Shown here in pieces: positions 28,718-38,605 of a stretch of DNA of 64,000 nt. This DNA comes from Candidatus Latescibacterota bacterium (GTDB lineage: Bacteria; Latescibacterota; UBA2968; UBA8231). The notes under the pieces were generated by a model that did not search any database, was not told the origin of the DNA, and saw nothing but the letters and a program-made list of their open reading frames with translations. Numbering within the stretch: position 1 is the first letter of the stretch; the number at the start of each line of letters is the position of its first letter. Position numbers and translations under genes: made by a program. The stretch spans positions 576,001 through 640,000 of the forward strand of contig OZ253462.1 in NCBI GenBank assembly GCA_965261395.1. The letters run 5' to 3'.

Positions 28718-29254
28718 CTAAAAATCCACCTGTATCTTCGCCGTAAAGCGGTTAATGTGGATCATATCGTCGGCAAAGATAAAGTCGCGCTGGAAGCGCA
28801 AGCCCGCTCGCAAGCGGTCGCTGAGAATTACCTCGGCCCCAACTCCCGGAACGATTCCGAAACGCGTGTCGCCGATCTCGGGTGAGTACAGCTCAGCGTC
28901 GAGCGAAAAATAGTAGTTGAACGGCCGATTGACGTAGGCCGAGCGCACGCCGCCGGCATAGAGGTTGATGTTTTGATCCAATATGCGGGCGAATCCTAGC
29001 TGGAAGGCCAGCCATTCCTCGACCATATAGCCGACGTTAAGTCCCGAAATGAGGTCGGTCTCAGTGTCCGAGATTTCGCTCTCTATCATCGCCGCCCCAA
29101 AAAATCCCTCGGTGTAGAAGCGGCCGTACTGGGCCTTGTGATGGTAGCCGCCCTTGCCGTATTCGCTGCCTTCGGGGCCGTCGGTGCGCCCCGGCGTCGC
29201 AGCCTGCGCCCCAACGGCCAGCGCCAGCAGTGCGATCAGTGCAATGCGTCTCAT
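28718..29254 (-). CDS. Small outer-membrane beta-barrel protein
   Basis: Signal peptide, amphipathic strands, C-terminal IQVDF. Confidence 0.7.
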   Translation of the reverse strand: MRRIALIALLALAVGAQAATPGRTDGPEGSEYGKGGYHHKAQYGRFYTEGFFGAAMIESEISDTETDLISGLNVGYMVEEWLAFQLGFARILDQNINLYAGGVRSAYVNRPFNYYFSLDAELYSPEIGDTRFGIVPGVGAEVILSDRLRAGLRFQRDFIFADDMIHINRFTAKIQVDF

Positions 29255-29271
29255 GCTCCGTGCTCCTTTCC

Positions 29272-29868
29272 CTAGAAGCCGATGCTCTTTTTCTGGAAGT
29301 GCTTGGTGATTTCCTTCTGGTCGGTCCAGACGATCTCGGTGGTCGAGATGTCGGTCAGCTCAAAGGTCGCCTTGTAGTAAACGACCTTGTTTTTGCCCAC
29401 CTGCTGCAGGGTCGAGGTAATGACTCCGCCTAGCAAGAAGCGCGCGCCACGCTGGTTGCCCGGTCCCTGAGCCTCGTCCGGGCGCACGTAGCCCGACTCT
29501 TGGTACTCGTACTCCTGGGCGATCTCTCGCCGCGCGGCCTTGTCGAGGAACGTAAACTGCCCGCTCTGGATGAGCGCGGTCTTGACGTGGTCGTACAACG
29601 CCTGCATGTCGATGTGCTCGGTGGTCTTGTTGCGCGGCATCTCCAAGATGACAATCGGCTTGTCTGCCATCGCCCGAGCATCTGCCCAGCCCTCCATCGA
29701 GCCGATCATCTTCTTGGCGACTAGCTGCATGTCGTTCTGGTTCCACTTGTCGTCGAGCATCGAGATCTCTTCTGGATCTCCGTACTGGCCCTTGGTAAAG
29801 GCCCTCGGGCCGCCACAGGCCGCAAGCCCCAAGGCCAAGGCAATTGTCGCGAAAACGTAGCGTTTCAT
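29272..29868 (-). CDS. lpoB: LpoB-like lipoprotein (COG3417)
   Basis: Lipobox LAAC, NKTTEHID, YKATFELTD...IVW. Confidence 0.8.
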   Translation of the reverse strand: MKRYVFATIALALGLAACGGPRAFTKGQYGDPEEISMLDDKWNQNDMQLVAKKMIGSMEGWADARAMADKPIVILEMPRNKTTEHIDMQALYDHVKTALIQSGQFTFLDKAARREIAQEYEYQESGYVRPDEAQGPGNQRGARFLLGGVITSTLQQVGKNKVVYYKATFELTDISTTEIVWTDQKEITKHFQKKSIGF

Positions 29869-29882
29869 TGCATAAGCTCCTT

Positions 29883-30722
29883 TCAATCCCATTCGCACTG
29901 GAAATGTGTGCGCACTAAGTGCCAGCGGTTGGCCAACATCGCGTCCTGCCGGTAGAGCACCTGTAGGCTGCATTGGCGCTCCAGCGACGTGGCGGGGTAC
30001 TCGAACTCGAACTCCTGCACCCCGGCCCGGTCCGCCTCGGGAATATCGGCCGAAGTGTAGATGTCTGGTTTGGTCGAGGTAAATACTAGGGCTTTCTTGC
30101 GGCCGTAGGTCTTGAGCGGGACCTCGGAGGCAAAGGTCACGCGCCGCACCTTTTTGGGCAGCAGCAGATCGGTGTTGTCGACTAGCGCGTCGCGCTGCCA
30201 GCGGCCGGCGAGGATCGCCTGCAAGTTGCCGATAAAGACCCGCTCCTTGTCGCCGTCGGGCACAATTAAATAGAGATAGCCCTTGCGCGCCTGCGTCGAT
30301 ACCGCGGCCTTGCCGCCCAATCCCTCGAAGTCGAGGGCGATCGTCAGCCCGAACGAGCGGTTGGGCGGCAGCGCGTGGAGCGATACCGCCTCGATCACCT
30401 GCTCGGCGACACCAGCCCCCTTCAATTCCACCAACTTATCCACCGAGGCGTCGCAGACACAGCGCCGCTCTTCGAGCATCTTGACAATCGCAACGGTGCT
30501 GAACTTGTTCGCGCTCAGCTTGCGCACGTCGTCGAGACTCATCGGCAGTTGGTCCGAGCGCTCGTAGTAGCGCTTGGGTAGCTGGCCGCCGTCCCAATCG
30601 ACGATATTGATGATCGCCCCTTCCTCCAGCGGGTCCGTGACCCGCTCGGCAGCCGGCGTGCTCTGCTGCGCCGCGGCCGGCAGCGCCAACGCCAACGCGG
30701 CTATCCATAATTTGACGTACAT
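29883..30722 (-). CDS. Exported hypothetical protein
   Basis: Signal peptide; paired helical repeats SLDDVRKLS..FS and SVDKLVELKGAGVAEQVI. Confidence 0.75.
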   Translation of the reverse strand: MYVKLWIAALALALPAAAQQSTPAAERVTDPLEEGAIINIVDWDGGQLPKRYYERSDQLPMSLDDVRKLSANKFSTVAIVKMLEERRCVCDASVDKLVELKGAGVAEQVIEAVSLHALPPNRSFGLTIALDFEGLGGKAAVSTQARKGYLYLIVPDGDKERVFIGNLQAILAGRWQRDALVDNTDLLLPKKVRRVTFASEVPLKTYGRKKALVFTSTKPDIYTSADIPEADRAGVQEFEFEYPATSLERQCSLQVLYRQDAMLANRWHLVRTHFQCEWD

Positions 30723-30735
30723 AACTCTTTGCTCC

Positions 30736-32169
30736 TCAGCGAAAAGTGCGAAAGTTTAGGAAGACCTTTTCTCCATCCGCCACCGCCACCTCGGGTAGCG
30801 TCTCTACGGCTAGCACCTGACCTCGAGCGTCGATAAACTCCAAAGTCGGGGCGGCCGTACCCGGCGGCACGGACAGGCGTGCGATGTGGATGGTGCGCGG
30901 CAGCGATAGCCAGCTTCGGGTATCGGCCGCCTCAGTCGCCGCGCCTAAGAGGTTGACCAAGCCGCCGAGGGCTTGACCCACCCCCTCTTTGACCCAAGCG
31001 TTCTCGTCATCTTCATCGTCCTCATCGCCCTCGAACACCTTTTCTATGCCTTTAGACGCCAAATACTTGACCAAGTTGCGAGCGACGGCGCGCAGCAGGA
31101 TCGAGTCGAACTTCTCAGTAAAGGTCTGTTGGGCAATCGCCGCTAAGTCCTCGCCCACGGCTGCAGTCGCGCTCTGGTTGCCCGCCCGCAACCGCACCCC
31201 GGCCACTTGCGAGCGGACCTCTCGGTATTCGGGCAGTGCCACTTTGAGCCAGTAATCTACTCGTCGCCGCTGATAGGTGTGCGGATGGTGGTAGCGATGG
31301 ACGGCCCGCTCCGACACCGTCCACGTCTTAACGCCCTTTTCGCCTTTCATAATGGGCATATTGAATTCGACCTGATGCTTGCGCGGTATAAAGCCGCTCT
31401 CGACGAAAACTACGATCTCGCCACCGGACACCGGCTTGAGTTCCCCTGGCTCAAGCTGGTAGCGCTCCGTGTATTCCGCAACCTCGTCTTCGTAGCCCAA
31501 GCGCCCGGCCAACCGCGCCAGATCAACCAGCAAGATGTGCGGCACTTGTGAGCCGAAGGCCGCGTCGTACGCGCGATAGCCTTTTAAGGCATCCTTGTAG
31601 GAAATATACGCATCGTTCCACTCGCCCTCGGATTCAAAGAAGAGGCCGGTCATGTATTGCAAAAAGGCGTCGTTCTTATAGCTCAGCTCATATTCGGCTT
31701 GCTGGGCGTAGCCTTCGAGCTTCTGGTTGGCCTTGCGGCACTCCACTAGCGCGGCCTGCCGATCGCCCAGCCGAGCGTAGTTCATCGCTCGGTAGTAGTG
31801 AATCAGGGCCAACTCAAACTCCTCGCCGCGATAGGCGATGACTGCGTCGTTGGAGACCATAGCCGCGACGTGGCGCGAGACCGAGCGGGTATAGAGCTGA
31901 TCGCTCACTCGCTCGGCCTCTGCAAACTCCAAGTTGGACGCCTCGTATTGGCCCTGATAGTGCAAAATCAGCCCCTTTTCCAGGTGGTAGAGCAGCTTGT
32001 TGGTCTTGCCGGTGGGCTTTTCCAGCTTACCGAGGGCCCCTTCGTAGTTGCCCTTTTCTAGCTGTTTGAGCGAATGGGACACATAGCCCGAATAAGCGGC
32101 CCCGCAACCGCTCAACCAGAGCAGCAGGACCACGCTGAGACCGATGACCGATCTGCTGCTTCCCTGCAT
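30736..32169 (-). CDS. COG3014-family TPR lipoprotein
   Basis: Lipobox LSGC, LLYHLEKG, YRGEEFE, ADTRSWLSLP. Confidence 0.8.
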   Translation of the reverse strand: MQGSSRSVIGLSVVLLLWLSGCGAAYSGYVSHSLKQLEKGNYEGALGKLEKPTGKTNKLLYHLEKGLILHYQGQYEASNLEFAEAERVSDQLYTRSVSRHVAAMVSNDAVIAYRGEEFELALIHYYRAMNYARLGDRQAALVECRKANQKLEGYAQQAEYELSYKNDAFLQYMTGLFFESEGEWNDAYISYKDALKGYRAYDAAFGSQVPHILLVDLARLAGRLGYEDEVAEYTERYQLEPGELKPVSGGEIVVFVESGFIPRKHQVEFNMPIMKGEKGVKTWTVSERAVHRYHHPHTYQRRRVDYWLKVALPEYREVRSQVAGVRLRAGNQSATAAVGEDLAAIAQQTFTEKFDSILLRAVARNLVKYLASKGIEKVFEGDEDDEDDENAWVKEGVGQALGGLVNLLGAATEAADTRSWLSLPRTIHIARLSVPPGTAAPTLEFIDARGQVLAVETLPEVAVADGEKVFLNFRTFR

Positions 32170-32459
32170 AAGTGATTCCGTCCATTGTCCTCGCACCGGC
32201 GACATGGATAAAGACTCCACGTTGGGCCCACCAGATTGACCGTGTGCCATATATAACACCTAAGCGAGGAAAAAGTGTCCCTTCTTATTCAACTTTCTGC
32301 CGTCGGCGTAGCGTCCAGAACCGCTTCGACCGCGCCTTCATCCCAGCTAATCCGAATCCGCATTGCACTCCTCCTGAAAATTTGCCCAAACCTTTGAGTT
32401 TTCATAATATAAGTGCCCATTTGCTGGCCGCAAAAACGCCCGTCGCACAGATAAAAATC

Positions 32460-33509
32460 ATGGAAAAACCCAACGTCGTCGTCATCGGTTATGGCTTTGC
32501 CGGCCGCTGCTTCCACGCCTATCTAGTGGGGCTGGCCAGTGGCCTGAACCTCTACGGCATCGCCACCAGCCGGCCGCAGGCCCGCGACCAGATTCAGCGC
32601 GACTTGGGGGTAAAAACCTTCCGCCACTTCGACGAAGTGCTAGCCGACCCTGCCGTCGATCTAGTCGTCCTCGCCACGCCCAACGACCTCCACGCCCCAC
32701 ACGCGATCCAAGCGCTAGCGGCGGGTAAACACGTCGTCACCGACAAGCCCATGTGCTTGAGCATTGCCGAGGCCGACCAGATGATCGCCGCCAGCCAAGC
32801 GCACGACCGCTTGCTCAGCGTCTTTCAGAACCGCCGCTGGGACGGCGATTTCCTCGCCGTTAAAGATGCGCTGGCCCAAGGGCTGCTCGGCGATCCCTTT
32901 TTGCTAGAAATGTTCTGGGGCCAATACGGCCCCCCGCGCGGTTGGCGCAGCATAGCGCGGCACGGCGGCGGCAAATTCTTCGATCTAGGCGCGCATCTGG
33001 TCGATCAAGCCCTCCAGCTTATCGACGCGCCGCTGACAAAGGTTTACGCCACGTTCCACTCCGGCGACCCGCTCGGCCTCGACGTCGAGTCCCACGCGCT
33101 GGCTGTGCTCCACTTTGCCAACAGCGTCGAAGCCCGCGTGGAGACCTCGTCGCTGGCGTGCAAAGCCAAACCGCGCTGGTATGTACTGGGCACGGAAGGC
33201 GCGCTGGTCAAAGAGGGCGTTGACCCGCAGGAAAAGGCCATGATCGCCGGCGATATCGACGCGGCTGAAGAAGCACCCGAGCACTACGCCCGCCTCTATC
33301 GGCCAGCGGCGGGTCGGACGGCGGAAACCATCATTGAGACTACGCCCGGCCGCTGGCGTTCCTACTACGAAAACATCGCCGACGCGCTAGCCGGCCGCGC
33401 CGCGCTAGCCGTCACCGCCCACAGCGTGCGGCAGACCATGGTCGCCATTGAGGTCGCCCGGCTCTCCGCCGCCCAGCAGCGGCCTGTGTCCCCGGAGGAA
33501 GTCGGGTGA
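32460..33509 (+). CDS. Gfo/Idh/MocA oxidoreductase (YdgJ-like)
   Basis: GYGFAG, TDKP, FQNRRWDGDF, DLGAH. Confidence 0.9.
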   Translation: MEKPNVVVIGYGFAGRCFHAYLVGLASGLNLYGIATSRPQARDQIQRDLGVKTFRHFDEVLADPAVDLVVLATPNDLHAPHAIQALAAGKHVVTDKPMCLSIAEADQMIAASQAHDRLLSVFQNRRWDGDFLAVKDALAQGLLGDPFLLEMFWGQYGPPRGWRSIARHGGGKFFDLGAHLVDQALQLIDAPLTKVYATFHSGDPLGLDVESHALAVLHFANSVEARVETSSLACKAKPRWYVLGTEGALVKEGVDPQEKAMIAGDIDAAEEAPEHYARLYRPAAGRTAETIIETTPGRWRSYYENIADALAGRAALAVTAHSVRQTMVAIEVARLSAAQQRPVSPEEVG

Positions 33510-34096
33510 AACTCCGGCCGGGCAACTACGGCAAGGAAACCAGCTTTGAGGTCCGCACGTTCGACGCTGAGATGCCCCTCGACGAATACGCCCGCCTGCC
33601 CAAACACCCGCTCTATCTGGTGCTCGACAATTTGCGCAGCGCCTTCAACGTTGGCTCGATCTTCCGCACGGCCGACGCGGGCCGTCTCAGCGGCATCTAC
33701 ACCTGCGGCTACACGGCCCATCCGCCCCATCCCAAGCTCGACAAGACGGCGTTGGGCACCCTCTCGTACATAGAGACCCGCCACTTCGCCACCACCCTAC
33801 AAGCCATTGAGCACTTGCGCGCTCGCCAAGTGCCGGTGTGGGCGCTGGAGACGACGTCGCAAAGCCGCTGCTACACCGAGCTAGACTATCCGCGCCCCTT
33901 GGCCTTAATCGTGGGCAATGAAGCCCTCGGCGTGAGTTGCGCCGCGCTCGAACGCTGCGACGAGCTGGTCGAGATTCCCATGTACGGCTACAAAAATAGC
34001 CTCAATGTCGCCGCGGCCAGCGCCGTCCTCGTCTTTGAGGTCCTGCGCCAATGGCAGGCCGTCAGCCCCACTTGCCAGCCCACCGCCCATGCCTGA
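33506..34096 (+). CDS. TrmH/SpoU RNA methyltransferase
   Basis: LDNLRSAFNVGSIFRT, GNE, IPMYGYKNSLNV. Confidence 0.9.
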   Translation: MKLRPGNYGKETSFEVRTFDAEMPLDEYARLPKHPLYLVLDNLRSAFNVGSIFRTADAGRLSGIYTCGYTAHPPHPKLDKTALGTLSYIETRHFATTLQAIEHLRARQVPVWALETTSQSRCYTELDYPRPLALIVGNEALGVSCAALERCDELVEIPMYGYKNSLNVAAASAVLVFEVLRQWQAVSPTCQPTAHA

Positions 34097-35921
34097 AGCC
34101 ACCCCGAAGACTCGGGGGCCAGCCGCCCGCTTGCTCCGCGACTGGCTCGGCTTTGAGTTCGTCTCCCGCATCTATCTCTACAGCGTGCTCATCGGCCTGA
34201 TTTCCGGCTTGGGAGCGGTGCTTTTTACCTATGGCCTCGCGCTGGCCAAGTTCCTGCTAGTCGAGAAACTGGCTGGATACCGCCAGATCCATCCCGACAA
34301 CGAGGCGCTATTCGACTTCTCCTTCCTCGACGCGCCCACCTATGGCGAGTTTTTGTGGCTATTGCTGCTGCTGCCGGCGCTGGGTGGCCTGCTCAGCGGC
34401 TACCTAACGCACCGCTTCGCGCCCGAAGCCCAAGGCGCGGGTACCGACGCCATGATCGACGCCTTCCACAACCAGCGCGGGCACATTCGCCCTATTGTCG
34501 CCCCAGTCAAGGCCCTGGCGACCATCATCACGCTCGCCTCCGGTGGCGCCGCCGGTCAGCAAGGTCCTTTGGTGCATATTGGCGCGGGTTTAGGCTCTTG
34601 GATCGGCGACAAACTCAAGCTCTCGGTTGCCCAGCGGCGGATTTTGTTGCTGGCGGGCACGGCCGGAGGGCTAGGCGCAATTTTCCGCGCGCCGCTGGGT
34701 GCTGCGATCGCCAGCGTGGAAGTGCTCTACCGCGAAGACTTTGAAAGCGACGCACTCATCCCCTGCGTCATCAGCTCCTTCGTGGCCTATGCCATCTACA
34801 TAGCCGTCTTTGGCTTCTCGCATATTTTCTCCCTGCCCGACCTGCTGTTTACCGATGTGCGCGAGTTGATCTTCTATTTAGTACTGGGGTTTTTATGCGC
34901 CTTAGTTGGCATTTTTTACGTCAAGGCCCTGCGCCTTGCGCGCACCCTCTTCGACCGCCTGCCGCTGCCCCGCTACTGGGTCGTCTGCTGCGGGGGATTG
35001 CTGGTGGGGCTGGTGGCCCTTATCGATCCCCAGGTGCTGGGCGATGGGTTCGACGTCATCCAACAGGGGCTCGACGGCGAGCTCGGAGTTCGCGCCTTCC
35101 TAGCCCTCGCCCTGCTCAAAATCCTCGCCTCTAGCTGCACGGTCTCCAGCGGTGGCTCGGGCGGCGTCTTCGGCCCCTCGCTCTTTATCGGTGGGATGCT
35201 CGGCGGCGCCGTGGGCCTGCTGGGCCAACAGTACTTTCCCGACATCGTCCACCAACCAGCCGCTTATATCGTGGTGGGCATGGCCTCGTTTTTTGGCGCA
35301 GTGGCCAATACGCCGCTAGCGGCCCTGATTCTCGTCATCGAAATGAGCGGCTCCTATCACCTGCTGCCGCCGCTGATGGTCGTCAGCGCCCTCGCGCTGA
35401 TCTTCGCGCGCAACTTTTCCATCTACCAAAACCAAGTCCAAAACAAGTTCCACTCCCCGGCCCATATCAAAGACCTAACCGTCGATGTGCTGCACAATCT
35501 CCAAGTCCGCGAAGTGTTTCCCCGCCTCAAAAATACCTCCGAGGCCATCGTCAGCAATCGGCTTTCCTATTTTTCCCTGAGTTCCCTGAGCAAAAAGCTG
35601 GGCCACGTGCACTTTGTCGTCACCAATGACGACGGCGGCTTGCGCGGCATGATCAGCCTCGAAGACCTCGACCTGCCCGAAGACGAAATGCTGCGCAACC
35701 TAGTCCTCGTAGAGGACATGGTCGTCGACGACGTCGGGGCCATCGACGCGGATGACAACCTGCACGAGGCCCTGCAAAAACTGCTAGACTCTGGCTACGA
35801 CAAGCTGCCGGTGGTGGACACCACAGACGAAGGAGAAAGCGAGTTTTGGGGCTATCTGATGCACTCAGATCTGATGCGAGTGTACCACGAGGAAGTCATT
35901 CGGTTGGAGGGACAGGATTGA
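34089..35921 (+). CDS. CLC-family chloride channel/transporter with C-terminal CBS domains
   Basis: GAGTD, GQQGP, FRAPLG, GGVFGP, SIY motifs; CBS-like tail. Confidence 0.9.
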   Translation: MPEATPKTRGPAARLLRDWLGFEFVSRIYLYSVLIGLISGLGAVLFTYGLALAKFLLVEKLAGYRQIHPDNEALFDFSFLDAPTYGEFLWLLLLLPALGGLLSGYLTHRFAPEAQGAGTDAMIDAFHNQRGHIRPIVAPVKALATIITLASGGAAGQQGPLVHIGAGLGSWIGDKLKLSVAQRRILLLAGTAGGLGAIFRAPLGAAIASVEVLYREDFESDALIPCVISSFVAYAIYIAVFGFSHIFSLPDLLFTDVRELIFYLVLGFLCALVGIFYVKALRLARTLFDRLPLPRYWVVCCGGLLVGLVALIDPQVLGDGFDVIQQGLDGELGVRAFLALALLKILASSCTVSSGGSGGVFGPSLFIGGMLGGAVGLLGQQYFPDIVHQPAAYIVVGMASFFGAVANTPLAALILVIEMSGSYHLLPPLMVVSALALIFARNFSIYQNQVQNKFHSPAHIKDLTVDVLHNLQVREVFPRLKNTSEAIVSNRLSYFSLSSLSKKLGHVHFVVTNDDGGLRGMISLEDLDLPEDEMLRNLVLVEDMVVDDVGAIDADDNLHEALQKLLDSGYDKLPVVDTTDEGESEFWGYLMHSDLMRVYHEEVIRLEGQD

Positions 35922-37095
35922 CCTCCTCGCTTGCTCCCTCGCGATAGGGCGCGTGCAGATAGTGCTGCGCCCGTTGGTGACTGTCCGCGTGGTCGGGCAA
36001 GCGCCGCACCCGCTGGTAGCGCAAAACCGCTTCCTCGCGGCGGCCGGCTAGGTCGTGTACTTGGCCGAGCAGCAAGTTGGCCAGCACGGCAAAAGCTAGG
36101 TCCCGCTTGCGCTCGGAATCAGCGGCGAGGCTATCGGTTGCCGCCAGATGATTGGCGGCCTCGGGATAGCGCCGCTCGAAATAAGCGTATTTGCCCGCGT
36201 AGTAATGCGCCTCCAAGCGGCCGTGGCGGTGATAGCCAGTCTGGCCGGCCACGCTGCGCCGCACGTATTCTTCGTACAAAGCCACACCCGATCGCCAGCG
36301 GCCGAGTTCGACCATAGTCCGCGCGGTGTAGCGGTGGAAGACGGCATTGTCGGGGTAGCGCGCGTAGAGTTCCTCAAAATAGGGCAGGGCCTTGCGGTTG
36401 TCCTTTTCAAAAATCCGGTAGATCTGACCTAGGAAATAGGCGGCCTCGGCGCGGGCATAGGCTCCCTCGCCGGCAACTTCCTCTAGCTGTTGGAGGCCCA
36501 GCAAGCGATCCCCGTCGGGCAAAAAGGCCATGATCGGACGGAGGATTCGGTGGCGTTGGGGCATGACCTCGGCGAAGTAGTGATACAGGCCCTGTCCAAA
36601 GAGGATGTCCTTGTTGGTCGGTTCGAGCTGACGGCTCTTCTTCAGGAGGGGCAGACCGCGCAATCCGTCGCGCGCCGCCCGTACGTACTGCTCTCTGTCG
36701 CCGTACAGACGGCCGCGGAAGCCGATGGCACCGCCCTTGAAGAGAATCGCGTCGAAGTCCATCGGGTCTTTTTTTAGACGCCGGTCGCAGACCTCAATGC
36801 ACTGCTGAAGCCGCGCGTGGAACTCCGCGTCGTAGGTTTTATCGGCCAAGTCTAGGAGGATTCGCCACCAAGAGACCATAGCGCGAAAGAAGTAGCCGAG
36901 CGGGTTGTCCGGCTCGGCCGCGACGATGGTCTGAAAGTGGCGCTCGGCCTCCTCAAAACGCAGATTGTAGGTCAGATCTATGCCCCGCTGGATGCGCGCA
37001 TCAAAGCCGCGCATCGTATAGGAGTCCTCACTCCAAGCGGGCAGAACCAGCGCGCAGCAGAGCAAAACCGCGCCTATGGGGTATAGTGCATTCAA
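35896..37095 (-). CDS. Exported TPR-repeat protein
   Basis: Signal peptide; TPR-like helices; GAGG RBS before TTG 37095. Confidence 0.75.
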   Translation of the reverse strand: MNALYPIGAVLLCCALVLPAWSEDSYTMRGFDARIQRGIDLTYNLRFEEAERHFQTIVAAEPDNPLGYFFRAMVSWWRILLDLADKTYDAEFHARLQQCIEVCDRRLKKDPMDFDAILFKGGAIGFRGRLYGDREQYVRAARDGLRGLPLLKKSRQLEPTNKDILFGQGLYHYFAEVMPQRHRILRPIMAFLPDGDRLLGLQQLEEVAGEGAYARAEAAYFLGQIYRIFEKDNRKALPYFEELYARYPDNAVFHRYTARTMVELGRWRSGVALYEEYVRRSVAGQTGYHRHGRLEAHYYAGKYAYFERRYPEAANHLAATDSLAADSERKRDLAFAVLANLLLGQVHDLAGRREEAVLRYQRVRRLPDHADSHQRAQHYLHAPYREGASEEVNPVPPTE

Positions 37096-37163
37096 GGAAC
37101 AAACCTCACCGTTCAACAGTAAGACAGAAACCAAGCCGCTCAAGAGTAGGACAAAAACAAATT

Positions 37164-38546
37164 ATGGCAACTGTGCAATGCGATATCGCGATCATCGGCG
37201 GGGGTTCGGCTGGGTACGCCGCGGCGCGCACGGCCCACGCGGCCGGTGCCCATGTCGCGGTTATCGACCAAGGCCCTTGGGGAGGGCTGTGCATTCTGCG
37301 CGGCTGTATGCCCAGCAAGGCGATTTTGCGCTCCGCCGAAATAGCCTCGCATCTAGGCCGCGCCGCCGAGTTCGGCCTAGCGCCGGTGGAAGTCCGCGCT
37401 GACTTAGCCGCCATTGTCGAGCGCAAGGCGCGGCTGGTCGCCGGCTTTGCCGCCTATCGCCGCGAGCAACTGAGCGACGGCCGCTTCACGCTCTGCGAAG
37501 CGCGCGCCCGCTTCCTCTCGCCGCAGACGCTCCAAGCCGGCGACGACGTCATTGAGGCCGGGCATTTTATCATTGCCACCGGCTCTACGCCCCACCGCAT
37601 CTCGATCCCGGGGCTGGACCACGCCGGCTACCTCACCAGCGACGAGGCCCTCGACATGTGCCAGCAGCCAGACAGCCTCCTCGTCCTCGGCGGCGGTCCC
37701 ATCGCCGTCGAGCTGGCCCAGTTCTTTCAGCGCATTGGCACACAGGTAACGCTCATCCAGCGCAGCGATCACATTCTCTCCACCGGCGACGAGGACGTGG
37801 CGCGGCCGGTTGAAGCGCGCTTCCGCGAGGAGGGCATGGAAGTGTACACCGGCACGCAACTGCGCCAATTTACCGAGGAAAACGGGCGCAAGATCGCGCA
37901 TTTTTCCCACGGCAGCGCAGAAAAAACGGCCTCGGCTGATCTCGTCCTGCAAGCCCTCGGCCGCCGCCCGCACATCGACGAGCTGGGCCTAGCGCAAGCC
38001 GGCGTCGAGGTCGCCCGCAGGCGCATTGTCGTCGATGCGGCCATGCGCACCAGCCAGCCGCACATCTACGCCGTCGGCGATGTCAACGGCGAGCACGAGG
38101 TCGTCCACATCGCCATTGAGCAAGGCGAGATCGCCGCGTACAATGCCACGCACCCCGACCGCCCCGAGCACCGCTTCGACGACCGCCTCAACGCGATGGT
38201 CGTGTTCACCGATCCGCAGGTGGCCAGCGTCGGCCTCAGCGAACGGGACTGCCGCGCTGCGGACCGACCCTATTTGGTCGCCAGCTACCCTTTTGACGAC
38301 CACGGCAAGTCGCTGACGATGGGCGAGACCTGCGGCCACGCAAAAATTCTCTGCGACCCGCGCTCGGGCGAAGTGCTCGGCAGCCATATCGTCGGCCCGG
38401 AGGCTGGCGAGTTGATCCACGAGTTGATCGCGGTGATGTACTTTCGCGGCACGGTGCAGGATTTGGCTAAGATTCCCCATTATCATCCGACCTTGGCGGA
38501 GATTCTCACCTATCCGGCCGAGGAATTAGCGGAACAGTTGGGGTAG
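37164..38546 (+). CDS. Dihydrolipoamide dehydrogenase-like pyridine nucleotide-disulfide oxidoreductase
   Basis: GGLCILRGCMPSK redox disulfide; C-terminal HPTLAE. Confidence 0.85.
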   Translation: MATVQCDIAIIGGGSAGYAAARTAHAAGAHVAVIDQGPWGGLCILRGCMPSKAILRSAEIASHLGRAAEFGLAPVEVRADLAAIVERKARLVAGFAAYRREQLSDGRFTLCEARARFLSPQTLQAGDDVIEAGHFIIATGSTPHRISIPGLDHAGYLTSDEALDMCQQPDSLLVLGGGPIAVELAQFFQRIGTQVTLIQRSDHILSTGDEDVARPVEARFREEGMEVYTGTQLRQFTEENGRKIAHFSHGSAEKTASADLVLQALGRRPHIDELGLAQAGVEVARRRIVVDAAMRTSQPHIYAVGDVNGEHEVVHIAIEQGEIAAYNATHPDRPEHRFDDRLNAMVVFTDPQVASVGLSERDCRAADRPYLVASYPFDDHGKSLTMGETCGHAKILCDPRSGEVLGSHIVGPEAGELIHELIAVMYFRGTVQDLAKIPHYHPTLAEILTYPAEELAEQLG

Positions 38547-38605
38547 GAATGTCCCTTGTGGGTGCCCTATATTAGAGGGCACTAAATACAAATCTAGGGG
38601 ATCTT

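Noticed and set aside
37164-38546. Mercuric reductase (merA)
   Set aside because: No C-terminal Cys-Cys pair, no NmerA domain, no mer genes; it has an LpdA-type HPT..E tail.
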